A stretch of DNA of 61,523 nt, taken from a virus (lineage: Duplodnaviria > Caudoviricetes). The notes below the pieces were generated by a model that did no database searches, was not told the origin of the DNA, and worked only from the letters and a program-made list of their open reading frames with translations. Positions within the stretch are counted from its first letter, which is position 1. Each line of letters opens with the position of its first letter. Positions 43,366-52,800 of the stretch are shown here, piece by piece. The translations under genes and the position numbers were made by a program. The DNA is taken from positions 1 through 61,523 of the IMG/VR virus record IMGVR_UViG_3300043548_000080; one strand, written 5' to 3'.

Positions 43366-44698
43366 GCGGGAAGTGCTCTATGGAGGGGCTGCAGGAGGAG
43401 GAAAGAGCTATGCGTTGCTTGTTGACCCTCTACGTTACATCACCCATCCACAGTTTTCAGGTCTAATTCTTCGTCACACCACTGAAGAGCTTAGAGAACT
43501 TATTTGGAAGAGTCAAGAACTCTATCCAAAGGTTATTCCAGGCATTGTCTGGAGCGAAAGAAAGATGCAATGGCAGCATCCCAATGGAGGAAGACTGTGG
43601 ATGTCCTACCTAGACAGGGATGAAGATGTATTGCGTTATCAGGGTTTGAGCTTTGTCTATGTGGCCTTTGATGAATTGAACCAGTGGAATAGCCCTTTTG
43701 CATGGAACTACATGCGAAGCCGTTTGCGGACAGCAGCGTCTGATTTGCCTGTGTTTATGCGAGCAACCACTAACCCAGGTAATGCTGGTCACTGGTGGGT
43801 GAAGAAGATGTTCATTGATCCTGCTCCTCCTGGGCAGGCTTTCTGGGCAACAGACATTGAGACAGGTGAAACACTCACCTATCCTAAAGGACATGAAAAG
43901 GAAGGACAAGCGCTGTTTAAGCGTAGGTTCATTCCAGCAACTTTGAGAGACAATCCGTATCTGTACAGCAATGGCGACTATGAAGCTATGCTGTTGTCTC
44001 TTCCTGAAACACAACGTAGGCAGCTTCTTTATGGTGATTGGGACATTGCAGAGGGTGCGGCTTTTCCTGAATTTAATCGGAGGCTGCATGTTGTTGAGCC
44101 TTATCGCATCCCTACTGATTGGCCTCGTTTCAGAGCCTGCGACTACGGCTACGGTAGTTGGTCAGCAGTGCTCTGGTTTGCCGTAGCTCCTGATGAGTCT
44201 TTGGTGGTATATCGTGAGATGTATGTAACGAAGGTGTTGGCTGAAGATCTAGCCAATATGGTGTTGAATGCGGAAGATGGGGAGAAGATAAGATACGGTG
44301 TTCTTGACAGTTCTACTTGGCATAAAAGAGGTGATACAGGTCCTTCCATTGCTGAGCGAATGATATTGAAGGGATGCAAATGGCGTCCTTCTGACAGAAG
44401 TGCTGGTAGCAGAATTTCAGGCAAGAACGAAATTCATAGGCGTCTTCAAGTTGATGAGTTCACTGAAAAGCCCCGCATCACTTTTTTCAACACTTGTACC
44501 AACATCATTTCACAGCTTCCTCTAATCCCATTGGACAAGAACAATCCTGAAGACATTGATGTGAAATATGCTAACGATCACTTGTATGACGCATTGCGTT
44601 ATGGCGTGATGTCTCGTCCTCGTAGCAAGTCTGTGTTTGATTTTGACGGTGATTCAAATCAACGGTTTGCACCAGCGGACAGCCGTTTTGGTTATTGA
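43127..44698 (+). CDS. terL: Terminase large subunit
   Basis: YGGAAGGGKS Walker A, VAFDEL Walker B, ATTNPG, ACDYG and DHLYDALRY nuclease motifs. Confidence 0.93.
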   Translation: MLDSIDPLLDGTKKLSRKPKSTKKGLEKPKKQSSLIQTLSSNSAEIGNKQIEIPKGLEEENNVIFKPNPGPQTAFLAAPEREVLYGGAAGGGKSYALLVDPLRYITHPQFSGLILRHTTEELRELIWKSQELYPKVIPGIVWSERKMQWQHPNGGRLWMSYLDRDEDVLRYQGLSFVYVAFDELNQWNSPFAWNYMRSRLRTAASDLPVFMRATTNPGNAGHWWVKKMFIDPAPPGQAFWATDIETGETLTYPKGHEKEGQALFKRRFIPATLRDNPYLYSNGDYEAMLLSLPETQRRQLLYGDWDIAEGAAFPEFNRRLHVVEPYRIPTDWPRFRACDYGYGSWSAVLWFAVAPDESLVVYREMYVTKVLAEDLANMVLNAEDGEKIRYGVLDSSTWHKRGDTGPSIAERMILKGCKWRPSDRSAGSRISGKNEIHRRLQVDEFTEKPRITFFNTCTNIISQLPLIPLDKNNPEDIDVKYANDHLYDALRYGVMSRPRSKSVFDFDGDSNQRFAPADSRFGY

Positions 44699-44710
44699 TG
44701 TAGGAATAAT

Positions 44711-46825
44711 ATGGCAAAAGAAATGGATACACCCTTCACTGACGACAAGGCTATTGCTTTGCCGGATACAGAGGCGTTCAAGTCTTCATCGCTTTCTCGC
44801 TTTGTTGAAGAGCGGTTTAGCCGTTCTAAGACGGCTCGTCGTTTTGATGAAGAACGGTGGCTCCGGGCCTACAGAAACTACAGAGGTCTTTACGGTCCTG
44901 ACACAAAATTTACAGACTCTGAGAAGAGTCGTGTCTTTCTCAAGATTACGAAGGTGAAGACGTTAGCGGCATATGGGCAAATCACTGATGTGCTGTTTGC
45001 CAACAACAGCTTTCCGTTGTCTGTGGAGCCTACAACGCTTCCTGAAGGGGTTGCAGAGCATGTCCATGTGGATACAAACCCACAAGCTGCTAATACGCCT
45101 CAGCAAGGCGCAGAGAGTCCCAATTTGGGATCATTGTTTGGCTACAAGGGTGATGGTAAGGATTTGCCTCCCGGCTCCACTCCGCAGTCCCTCATGGGAC
45201 GTCTTGGGCCTCTAAAGAATGCTCTTGAGGGTCTTGACGTCAAGGAAGGCCCTGGTGTAACACCCACCTCAATCACCTTCAGCCCTGCAATGGTGGCTGC
45301 TAAAAAGATGGAGAAGAAGATTAAGGATCAGCTTGATGAGAGCAATGCTACCAAGCATTTGCGCTCTACAGCGTTTGAGATGGTGTTGTTTGGCACCGGC
45401 ATCATGAAGGGTCCATTTGCTGTTGACAAGGAATATGCCCGTTGGGGCCAAGATGGAAAGTATGATCCTCTCATTAAGACAATGCCTCAAGCTGCTCATG
45501 TTAGCGTCTTTAATTCCTATCCCGATCCTGATGCAACATACATGGAAGAGGCGGGCTATTTCATTGAAAGACACAAGCTGAGCAAGACTCAGTTGTTGGC
45601 TTTGAAGAAGCGCCCAATGTTCCGAAACAGTGTTATTGATGCGCTTGTTGACGAAGGTCATAATTATATCAAAGAGTATTGGGAAGACGATCTAAACGAT
45701 TTTGCTCCTAATGCTGAGGTGGAACGCTGGGAAGTGTTGGAGTTCTGGGGTGGTGTCACCATTGAGATGTTGGAAGAGAACGACATTAACATTCCTGAAG
45801 AACTCAAAGACAAGACTGAAGTACAGGCAAACATTTGGTATAGCAAGGGCAAGATTTTGCGTCTTGTCCTGAATCCGTTTAAGCCTTCGCGTATTCCCTA
45901 CTATGCCGTTCCTTATGAACTGAATCCATATTCGTTCTTTGGTGTGGGTATGGCTGAGAACATGGACGACAGCCAAACCCTTATGAACGGTTTTATGAGA
46001 ATGGCTGTGGACAACGCTGTATTGTCTGGAAACCTCATCCTTGAAGTGGATGAAACCAATCTGGTTCCTGGTCAGGATATGACCATCTACCCAGGTAAGA
46101 TTTTCCGTAGACAAGGCGGTGCTCCGGGTCAAGCCATCTTTGGTACTAAGTTCCCTAATGTGGCTGCAGAGAACATGCAGCTTTTTGACAAGGCACGGGT
46201 GTTGGCTGATGAGTCAACGGGTATGCCTTCGTTTGCTCATGGACAAACAGGTGTGACAGGTGTTGGTAGAACAGCCTCTGGCATCTCTATGCTGATGAAT
46301 GCAGCTAGTGGCAACATCAAGACTGTTATCAAGAATGTGGATGACTACCTTCTTCGTCCTCTTGGCGAAGCATTCTTTGCTTTCAATATGCAGTTTGATC
46401 CGACACCGGATATTGTTGGTGACTTGGAAGTGAAAGCAAGGGGCACTGAGAGCCTGATGCAGAATGAAGTGAGAAGTCAGCGTCTGTTGCAATTCCTTCA
46501 AATCATTCAGAATCCGACACTGGCTCCGTTTGCCAAGCTGCCTTATATTGTTCGTGAGATTGCTAAGAGCATGGACCTTGATCCTGATCTTGTGTCTAAC
46601 AACATGGATGAAGCCGCTAAGCAAGCCTTTGTTCTGCAGAAGATGGCACCGCCTCCTGCACCAGCGGCACCTGCTGAAGGAGCACCACAGCCCGGTGGAG
46701 CACCTCCTGTTTCTGACATGACAGGTGGTGGTGGTGGCAACATTGGTGTTGGTGCTGCTGCTCGTCCGGGTGAGCAAGGCTTCAGTGCTGCTCCTCAGGC
46801 TCCGCAAGGGATGGCAATGCAATGA
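44711..46825 (+). CDS. Portal protein
   Basis: 704 aa after TerL; FGTGIMKGP, YPDPDA, YPGKIF, RTASGISMLM. Confidence 0.85.
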   Translation: MAKEMDTPFTDDKAIALPDTEAFKSSSLSRFVEERFSRSKTARRFDEERWLRAYRNYRGLYGPDTKFTDSEKSRVFLKITKVKTLAAYGQITDVLFANNSFPLSVEPTTLPEGVAEHVHVDTNPQAANTPQQGAESPNLGSLFGYKGDGKDLPPGSTPQSLMGRLGPLKNALEGLDVKEGPGVTPTSITFSPAMVAAKKMEKKIKDQLDESNATKHLRSTAFEMVLFGTGIMKGPFAVDKEYARWGQDGKYDPLIKTMPQAAHVSVFNSYPDPDATYMEEAGYFIERHKLSKTQLLALKKRPMFRNSVIDALVDEGHNYIKEYWEDDLNDFAPNAEVERWEVLEFWGGVTIEMLEENDINIPEELKDKTEVQANIWYSKGKILRLVLNPFKPSRIPYYAVPYELNPYSFFGVGMAENMDDSQTLMNGFMRMAVDNAVLSGNLILEVDETNLVPGQDMTIYPGKIFRRQGGAPGQAIFGTKFPNVAAENMQLFDKARVLADESTGMPSFAHGQTGVTGVGRTASGISMLMNAASGNIKTVIKNVDDYLLRPLGEAFFAFNMQFDPTPDIVGDLEVKARGTESLMQNEVRSQRLLQFLQIIQNPTLAPFAKLPYIVREIAKSMDLDPDLVSNNMDEAAKQAFVLQKMAPPPAPAAPAEGAPQPGGAPPVSDMTGGGGGNIGVGAAARPGEQGFSAAPQAPQGMAMQ

Positions 46826-47043
46826 AGGAAAAGCCTTGGCTTAAACGAATGGTTCCTATGACGTCTCCTCTACTCTGGGAAGCCTTTGATGACATGCTCA
46901 ACTATTCTATTGAGCTACAACGAAAGCAGATGGAACAGACAGACAACATGGTAGAGGTGTATAGAGCACAGGGATCTATTACGTCGTTGAAACGGCTAAA
47001 GCAATTGAAGGAAGAGATACAAAATGCTCAGGAGAAAAAGTAA
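46822..47043 (+). CDS. Small conserved protein after portal
   Basis: VYRAQGSITSLKRLKQLKE. Confidence 0.7.
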   Translation: MKEKPWLKRMVPMTSPLLWEAFDDMLNYSIELQRKQMEQTDNMVEVYRAQGSITSLKRLKQLKEEIQNAQEKK

Positions 47044-49208
47044 TGGACTATGAGTCTCTATTAAAGCTCCCCGGCTCTGAAGACATTGAATTGTTGTTTA
47101 GAACAGGAAGAGGATCAACATACGCTTACTATAAAGATAACACTACAACAAGAAATCGTAGTAGCGAAAAGCATACAGATAAATCTACAGGAATTCAGCC
47201 AAGATCGGGAAAAACTGTATTTATGTCAGAGGATTCTGTGAATAGAATTGCCGGTCTTTTCCAGAACCCAGACATGGCAACTCGGTTTATTCCTGTTTTA
47301 GATAAGGAAGGAAAACCTACAGGCAAAGCAAAACTTGAATTGTTGGAAGATTATGGACCACGTAAAGCAGGGTCAACATTAGCTATTGTTGACTATAAGA
47401 CAAAGCCTGAAGTAGGATTATCTCCTGTTGAAGTTTATGCAAGCGAAAGTAAGACAGGAGATTCAGGAAGATATATCCATTTTGGGAACAAAATTACTGA
47501 AGTAAAACCAAAGCCGATGGGTACAAAGGTAGGCAAACTTGCTGGTCTTGCTTCTTTATTTGGAATGGGGTCTACCAAAGCTAGTGAAGTTGCTTCTGAA
47601 GTCGGAGAAGCGTTGCTTCCTCCGGGACTTACGCCATCACCTCTTGCTTCTGGTACTTTAACGCCAGAGCAAAAGGCAGTTTCTGATGCTGCATACGAAG
47701 AAAAACTTGCAAGAGAAAAAGAAGCTCGTATACAAGCACAGCAGTCTAAGATGAAAGCACAATCTCTTATGCGTAGAGGTGTTGTTCTTCCCGAAGAAAG
47801 ATTGATTGGCTGGGGCGAAGTAAAGAATGAGGAAGTTAAAATGGCAAAAGGTGGAATGATGAAACCAACTATCAAAGGCTTCCAAGACGGCGGTATGAAC
47901 GTTGACCCCGTTAGCGGCAACGAAGTGCCTACAGGGTCTCTTCCTGAAGAAGTGAGGGACGATGTAGACGCTAAGCTGTCGCCGGGTGAGTTTGTCATCC
48001 CTGCTGATGTTGTCCGCTTTATTGGTCTTGAACGTCTGATGAAGATGCGTGATGAGGCTAAGAAGGGCCTTGAGCGCATGTCTCAGATTGGTCAGATGGG
48101 TAATGCTGAAGAGGTTGGTGAAGAGTCCAACAGCACCTATGAAGACGACGACTTTGAGAGCGAGATTGATGACATCTTAGGCGAGATTGAGAGCGAGAAA
48201 GGCGATGTCAACGATCAGACAGAGACGATGATGGCTGCTGGTGGCTTTATCAAAAGCGGCACTGATTTAACCAAAGCTCCTAAGAACCCTATCTTTGATG
48301 TCCGTTATTACAAGAGAGACAAAGACGGTGCAGTGATGTACATCACCCACATCAATGGCAAGCCTATGACACCCATTCCTGAGGGTTTCAAGCAAGTGGC
48401 TCAGGAAGAAGCACAGAAGGTGGGCTTAGCTGCTGACGAAGCTAAGACAGCTTCTAAGGCAGCGACAACTTCTGTTGCTGACACAACCAACATTGATGGC
48501 AGAGGAACAGATGCTGGTGGTGTCCGAGGAACAGGACCAGGTGGGTCTCTTCAGTTGTCTGACTTAGATATGGGCGCTCAGGTGTCTTCTAACGCAGTGA
48601 AGGGTGCTGCTGCTGTTGGTGCTTTCTTAGGTATTCCTGGTATGGGATTTGCGGTTTCAAAAGCAGACCAAATTGCTGGCTACTTGTCTGGCGTTTCTGG
48701 CAGAGCAGCAGGCGCAGCAAACATCAACGCAATGGCTCAAGAGCTTGGTGTTGATCCTAATACAACAGCAGGAAGAGCGGCAGCTTCTTCCGCGCTAGAT
48801 AGCTTGTCTGCCAACCTTGGTGGTCCTGCTGCAACATCGGGTACAGGTGGTACAGGCGGTGCTGCCGCTTCTGCTGGAGCCGCTGCTGCTTCTGCTGCTG
48901 CTTCTGCAGGCTATTCTCAGAGTGCTATTGGAGCAGCAGCACAGGCTGCAGCTAATGCCATCATTGGTGGAAAGAGCGCTGCAGAAGCAGCCGCTGCAGG
49001 ACAACAGGCTGCACAGGCTGCTCAGGCATCACAAGCAGAAGCTGCTGGCTCTGGCGGCGGTGGTGGTGATTATGGCGGTGTTGGTGGAACCACAGGCGGC
49101 GGCGATACTATGGGGTTCGGTGGTGAATACGCTGAAGGTGGTCTAGTCAATCGTCGCCAATACCCAGCAAAGAAGAAGCGTGGCAAAGGCATTGCTGCTT
49201 CTAAATAG
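47043..49208 (+). CDS. Multidomain putative virion protein with AxGG tags and a DDxxAxLSxGEFV domain
   Basis: 721 aa; VRDDVDAKLSPGEFVIPADVV; Gly/Ala-rich C-terminus. Confidence 0.65.
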   Translation: MDYESLLKLPGSEDIELLFRTGRGSTYAYYKDNTTTRNRSSEKHTDKSTGIQPRSGKTVFMSEDSVNRIAGLFQNPDMATRFIPVLDKEGKPTGKAKLELLEDYGPRKAGSTLAIVDYKTKPEVGLSPVEVYASESKTGDSGRYIHFGNKITEVKPKPMGTKVGKLAGLASLFGMGSTKASEVASEVGEALLPPGLTPSPLASGTLTPEQKAVSDAAYEEKLAREKEARIQAQQSKMKAQSLMRRGVVLPEERLIGWGEVKNEEVKMAKGGMMKPTIKGFQDGGMNVDPVSGNEVPTGSLPEEVRDDVDAKLSPGEFVIPADVVRFIGLERLMKMRDEAKKGLERMSQIGQMGNAEEVGEESNSTYEDDDFESEIDDILGEIESEKGDVNDQTETMMAAGGFIKSGTDLTKAPKNPIFDVRYYKRDKDGAVMYITHINGKPMTPIPEGFKQVAQEEAQKVGLAADEAKTASKAATTSVADTTNIDGRGTDAGGVRGTGPGGSLQLSDLDMGAQVSSNAVKGAAAVGAFLGIPGMGFAVSKADQIAGYLSGVSGRAAGAANINAMAQELGVDPNTTAGRAAASSALDSLSANLGGPAATSGTGGTGGAAASAGAAAASAAASAGYSQSAIGAAAQAAANAIIGGKSAAEAAAAGQQAAQAAQASQAEAAGSGGGGGDYGGVGGTTGGGDTMGFGGEYAEGGLVNRRQYPAKKKRGKGIAASK

Positions 49209-49334
49209 CGTACAATAAAACAAGCTAGCTCTGGAGCGACCTAACTAGCTAAGAAACAACAAGTCGCGTATTGGCTACCTATTTCCCAGGCAACATAGCC
49301 TGCCACAGATAGCCCCATTCTAAAAGGAAACGAG

Positions 49335-50201
49335 ATGACTGAAGCTGTTGCTACACCTGTTCAGGTGAAGGCTGTACCTTTCTCTATGCGTCGAAACAGC
49401 AATGAAGATAGGATTAAGCAAGACGAAGAAGACCTTGAAACTCTGAAGAAACAGTTTGAAAGTGCTTCAGAAAAGCCACAAACAAATGAAGAAGAAGTAG
49501 AGCCAACAAGCGCTGAAGAGAAGACCTTTAAGAAGCGCTATGGTGATTTGCGTCGTCATACGCAGAAGATTGAGACAGAACTGAAGAGCCAGATTGATGC
49601 TCTTAAAAACCAGCTTGATGCAGCTACTAAGAAGGAAATCAAGCTTCCAAAGAGTGAAGTAGAACTCAATGCTTGGGCTGAGCAGTATCCTGACGTCTAC
49701 AAGATTGTAGAAACCATTGCTATCAAGAAAGCTAAGGAACAGTCTCAGTCGCTGGAAGAGCGTATGAAAAAGGTGGATGAAATGGAACATCAGGCTCAGC
49801 GCAGCAAGGCTGAGGCTGAATTGATGGCTCTTCATCCTGACTTCGACAAGATTAAGGAAGATGATGCCTTCCACGATTGGGTTGAGCAACAACCTAAATG
49901 GGTCCAGCAAGCCCTGTATGAGAACGATAACGATGCTAGGGCTGCGGCACGGGCTATCGACCTGTATAAGGCTGACAAGGGCATTGCTAGGGCTAGGAAG
50001 GCCGATCCAAAGGATGCAGCTATGGCTGTAAACACTCGTCAAGGGCGCTCTTCCCCTTCTGTTGAGAATACTGAAGGTGTCTTCTATGAAAGCCAAATTA
50101 ACAAGATGTCTGACAAGGAGTTTGAAGCTAAGATGGAAGACATTGAAAAAGCTCGACGGGCAGGTAAGATTGTCTTTGATCTGTCTGGTGCAGCACGATA
50201 G
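49335..50201 (+). CDS. Capsid scaffolding protein
   Basis: Acidic coiled coil, FKKRYGDLRRH, HPDF; immediately upstream of capsid. Confidence 0.75.
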   Translation: MTEAVATPVQVKAVPFSMRRNSNEDRIKQDEEDLETLKKQFESASEKPQTNEEEVEPTSAEEKTFKKRYGDLRRHTQKIETELKSQIDALKNQLDAATKKEIKLPKSEVELNAWAEQYPDVYKIVETIAIKKAKEQSQSLEERMKKVDEMEHQAQRSKAEAELMALHPDFDKIKEDDAFHDWVEQQPKWVQQALYENDNDARAAARAIDLYKADKGIARARKADPKDAAMAVNTRQGRSSPSVENTEGVFYESQINKMSDKEFEAKMEDIEKARRAGKIVFDLSGAAR

Positions 50202-50204
50202 CTA

Positions 50205-50233
50205 TTGACAAAACGATGCTGATGTGATTTAAC
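50205..50233 (+). promoter_or_regulatory. Sigma70-like promoter upstream of major capsid gene
   Basis: TTGACA-17-TTTAAC. Confidence 0.55.
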
Positions 50234-50443
50234 AGCGTCTGCGTTTTAGGGCGAAAAGGGTGTCTACCTCTGTCCACACAAGTGGTCTAGCCTTATTCTG
50301 TGTCACAACACAGCAAAAACAAGAACTACCCAATCGATATAGCCGATACTGTATAGCGGGTCATGAGCGCTATCCAGTGTCCACCTAGTTAGAAAGGCCC
50401 TTGCTAAGTTGGTTGTGCTTTCAAGCCATAAAGGAGAAACAAA

Positions 50444-51511
50444 ATGGCGTTTGCAAGTGCTTCTGGGTATGGTAATCTGCCCAATGGGAACTGGAGTCCC
50501 ATTATCTATTCCAAGAAGGTCCAATTGGCCTTCAGAAAGTCGTCTGTCGCTCAAGCCATCACCAACAGTGATTACTTCGGTGAAATCTCATCGATGGGCG
50601 ATGCTGTCAAGATTATTCTTGAGCCGGAAGTGTCGGTGCGTCAATACGCTCGTGGCACGCAAATCACGGCACAAGACCTCGAAGACAGTGATTTCACGCT
50701 CGTCGTTGACAAGGCTAACTACTTCGCGTTCAAGCTGGACGACATCGAAGCCGCTCAGTCGCACATCAACTGGCTCTCGCTGGCCTCTGATCGTGCTGCT
50801 TATCGTCTTCGTGACCAGTTCGACCAAGACGTTCTTGGCTACCTCGCTGGTTTTGAGCAGTCTGTTCTGCACGGCAGTGCTGACACGGCCCGCACTACCT
50901 TCCCTGGTACTAAGGCTAACTCGTCTGCTGGCTCGGACGAATTGCTGTCGTCGATGAAGCTGACGAAGGAAGACTTCGGTCATATCACTTCGCCGGGTAC
51001 GAACAACTCGATTCCGGTGGCTCCTCGTTTCCCCGGCGCTACCGGCCTTGGGACCACGACGGCTTCGCCGCTGATGATTGTTGCTCGTATGTCGCGTCTG
51101 CTTGACCAGCAGAACGTTGACACCACTGGCCGTTGGCTCGTTGTCGATCCGGTGTTCGTTGAAATGCTGAAGGATGAAGACTCGCGTCTTCTGAATGCAG
51201 ACTTCGGCGGCTCTGGTCTGCAGAACGGTCTGGTTGTGCGTAACCTGCACGGCTTCAGCGTCTATGTCAGCAACAACCTGCCTAAGGTTGGTACTGGTCC
51301 GGGCACTGTTGGCACCACCAATCAGAACACCGACTACGGCATCATTGTGGCTGGTCATGACAGCGCTGTGGCTTCGGCTGAGCAGATCAACAAGGTGGAA
51401 ACCTATCGTGATCCTGACAGCTTCGCTGACATCGTTCGTGGTATGCACCTCTATGGAAGAAAAGTGCTGAAGCCTGAGGCTATCACAACGGCTAAGTACA
51501 ACGTCGCCTAA
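50444..51511 (+). CDS. Major capsid protein
   Basis: 355 aa; WSPIIYSKK, FAFKLDDIE, ETYRDPDSFADIVRGMHLYGRKV; AAGGAG RBS. Confidence 0.88.
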   Translation: MAFASASGYGNLPNGNWSPIIYSKKVQLAFRKSSVAQAITNSDYFGEISSMGDAVKIILEPEVSVRQYARGTQITAQDLEDSDFTLVVDKANYFAFKLDDIEAAQSHINWLSLASDRAAYRLRDQFDQDVLGYLAGFEQSVLHGSADTARTTFPGTKANSSAGSDELLSSMKLTKEDFGHITSPGTNNSIPVAPRFPGATGLGTTTASPLMIVARMSRLLDQQNVDTTGRWLVVDPVFVEMLKDEDSRLLNADFGGSGLQNGLVVRNLHGFSVYVSNNLPKVGTGPGTVGTTNQNTDYGIIVAGHDSAVASAEQINKVETYRDPDSFADIVRGMHLYGRKVLKPEAITTAKYNVA

Positions 51512-51517
51512 TGAGAC

Positions 51518-51541
51518 AGGGAAGGCTAGTCCTTCCCTTTT
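51518..51541 (+). terminator. Intrinsic terminator after capsid gene
   Basis: GGGAAGG-CTAGT-CCTTCCC-TTTT. Confidence 0.75.
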
Positions 51542-51567
51542 CTCTCACAAATCTGAAAGGAACCTAA

Positions 51568-52062
51568 ATGGCTACTATTGATCTCTCCAACGGTCTTGGT
51601 GGTGCCCCGCGTCCTGTGCGGTCGCTCACCAATATTCCGTATTTCGTTGAAAAGACGATTGACTTTGCTGTTGCTGCTACGGCTAAGGGCTCTGCTCTGG
51701 CTGCTGCTGATGTCATCGAAGTTATCGATGTCCCGGCTAACACGATGGTGATTAACGCTGGTCTGCAAGTGATTACCGTTGCCACTGGTGAGTCCTCGGA
51801 CACCACCGTTGACCTCGGCATCACAACTACTGAGCCTGACAACTTTGTTGATGGCTTTGACCTCGACGCCGCTGCTGCTGGTGCTTATGCCCAGAACGCT
51901 GCTGCGTTTCAGCCGCTGATTGTTGGCACGGCTGACACCATCGACCTGCTCATCGCCACTGCTACCACTGCCCCGACGGGTGGTAAGGTTCGTGTGTGGG
52001 CTGTGATGTGTGACATTGGCGCTAAGCCTGCTCCTGGCATCGTTGACACTGACGTCATCTAA
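51568..52062 (+). CDS. Putative capsid decoration protein
   Basis: 164 aa, Ala/Thr-rich beta protein directly after MCP. Confidence 0.6.
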   Translation: MATIDLSNGLGGAPRPVRSLTNIPYFVEKTIDFAVAATAKGSALAAADVIEVIDVPANTMVINAGLQVITVATGESSDTTVDLGITTTEPDNFVDGFDLDAAAAGAYAQNAAAFQPLIVGTADTIDLLIATATTAPTGGKVRVWAVMCDIGAKPAPGIVDTDVI

Positions 52063-52072
52063 GCCAGCTTAG

Positions 52073-52113
52073 GGAGAGGAGAAGACAACGTTGTTGTCTT
52101 TCCTCTCCTTTTT
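52073..52113 (+). terminator. Intrinsic terminator
   Basis: GGAGAGGA-G-AAGACAAC..GTTGTCTT-TCCTCTCC-TTTTT. Confidence 0.75.
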
Positions 52114-52127
52114 CATGAGGAACTATC

Positions 52128-52550
52128 ATGCCTATTACACAAGCAATGTGCAACTCTTTCAAGACAGAGCTTCTTGGAGGCACACATGACCTTGACACTG
52201 ATGTCATCAAGATTGCCTTGTACACAAGCAGCGCCACGCTTAGTGCTTCTACAACGGCTTATTCAACCACCAATGAGGTGACGGGTAGCACAGGCTATAC
52301 AGCAGGCGGGAACACTCTAACTAGCCCTGTTATTTCTCTAAGCGGCTCGACAGCCATTGTTGACTTTGCTGACACTACTTGGTCTGCATCAACCATCACT
52401 GCTAGAGGTGCTCTCATCTATAACAGCAGCAAGAGCAATAGAGCCATTGCTGTCCTTGATTTCAGCACAGACAAGAGCAGCACCAACGGCGACTTCACCA
52501 TTGTGATGCCAACGGCTGATGCATCTAACGCATTGATTCGTATTGCCTAA
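52128..52550 (+). CDS. Virion structural protein
   Basis: AMCNSFKTELL..KIALYT..GYTAGG..ARGALIYN..VLDF. Confidence 0.7.
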   Translation: MPITQAMCNSFKTELLGGTHDLDTDVIKIALYTSSATLSASTTAYSTTNEVTGSTGYTAGGNTLTSPVISLSGSTAIVDFADTTWSASTITARGALIYNSSKSNRAIAVLDFSTDKSSTNGDFTIVMPTADASNALIRIA

Positions 52551-52559
52551 GGAATAGAG

Positions 52560-52799
52560 ATGAAGATTGATTTTGAATTTGACACACCGCATGGCGTTTT
52601 CAGAGACGCTCTTCATCTTCCTGATGGGCATGGTTTCAGTGTAGAGGAGATCCAGGCCATGAAGCAGCAGCGGGTGGACAACTGGATCGCCATCGTCACC
52701 GCCCCGCCTGCAGAACCCGTGGAAGAGCCTGCACCTGTAATAGAGGAACCTGCGCCCGAGTACATCGAGATCGATGGCGTCCGCTATGTGAGGGTGTGA
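52560..52799 (+). CDS. Hypothetical fibre-associated protein
   Basis: 79 aa; FRDALHLPD..QRVDNW. Confidence 0.6.
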   Translation: MKIDFEFDTPHGVFRDALHLPDGHGFSVEEIQAMKQQRVDNWIAIVTAPPAEPVEEPAPVIEEPAPEYIEIDGVRYVRV

Positions 52800-52800
52800 C

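Noticed and set aside
50409-50957. Same-strand alternative frame over the capsid gene as a second dual-coding case
   Set aside because: Ser/Arg/Thr-rich translation with no motif or clear RBS, unlike the methyltransferase beta frame
50588-51448. Long antisense ORFs opposite capsid, scaffold, fibre and internal-protein genes (e.g. 50588-51448, 5649-6383, 56467-57282)
   Set aside because: Expected shadows of biased codon usage; no RBS or motifs, and they oppose the operon direction
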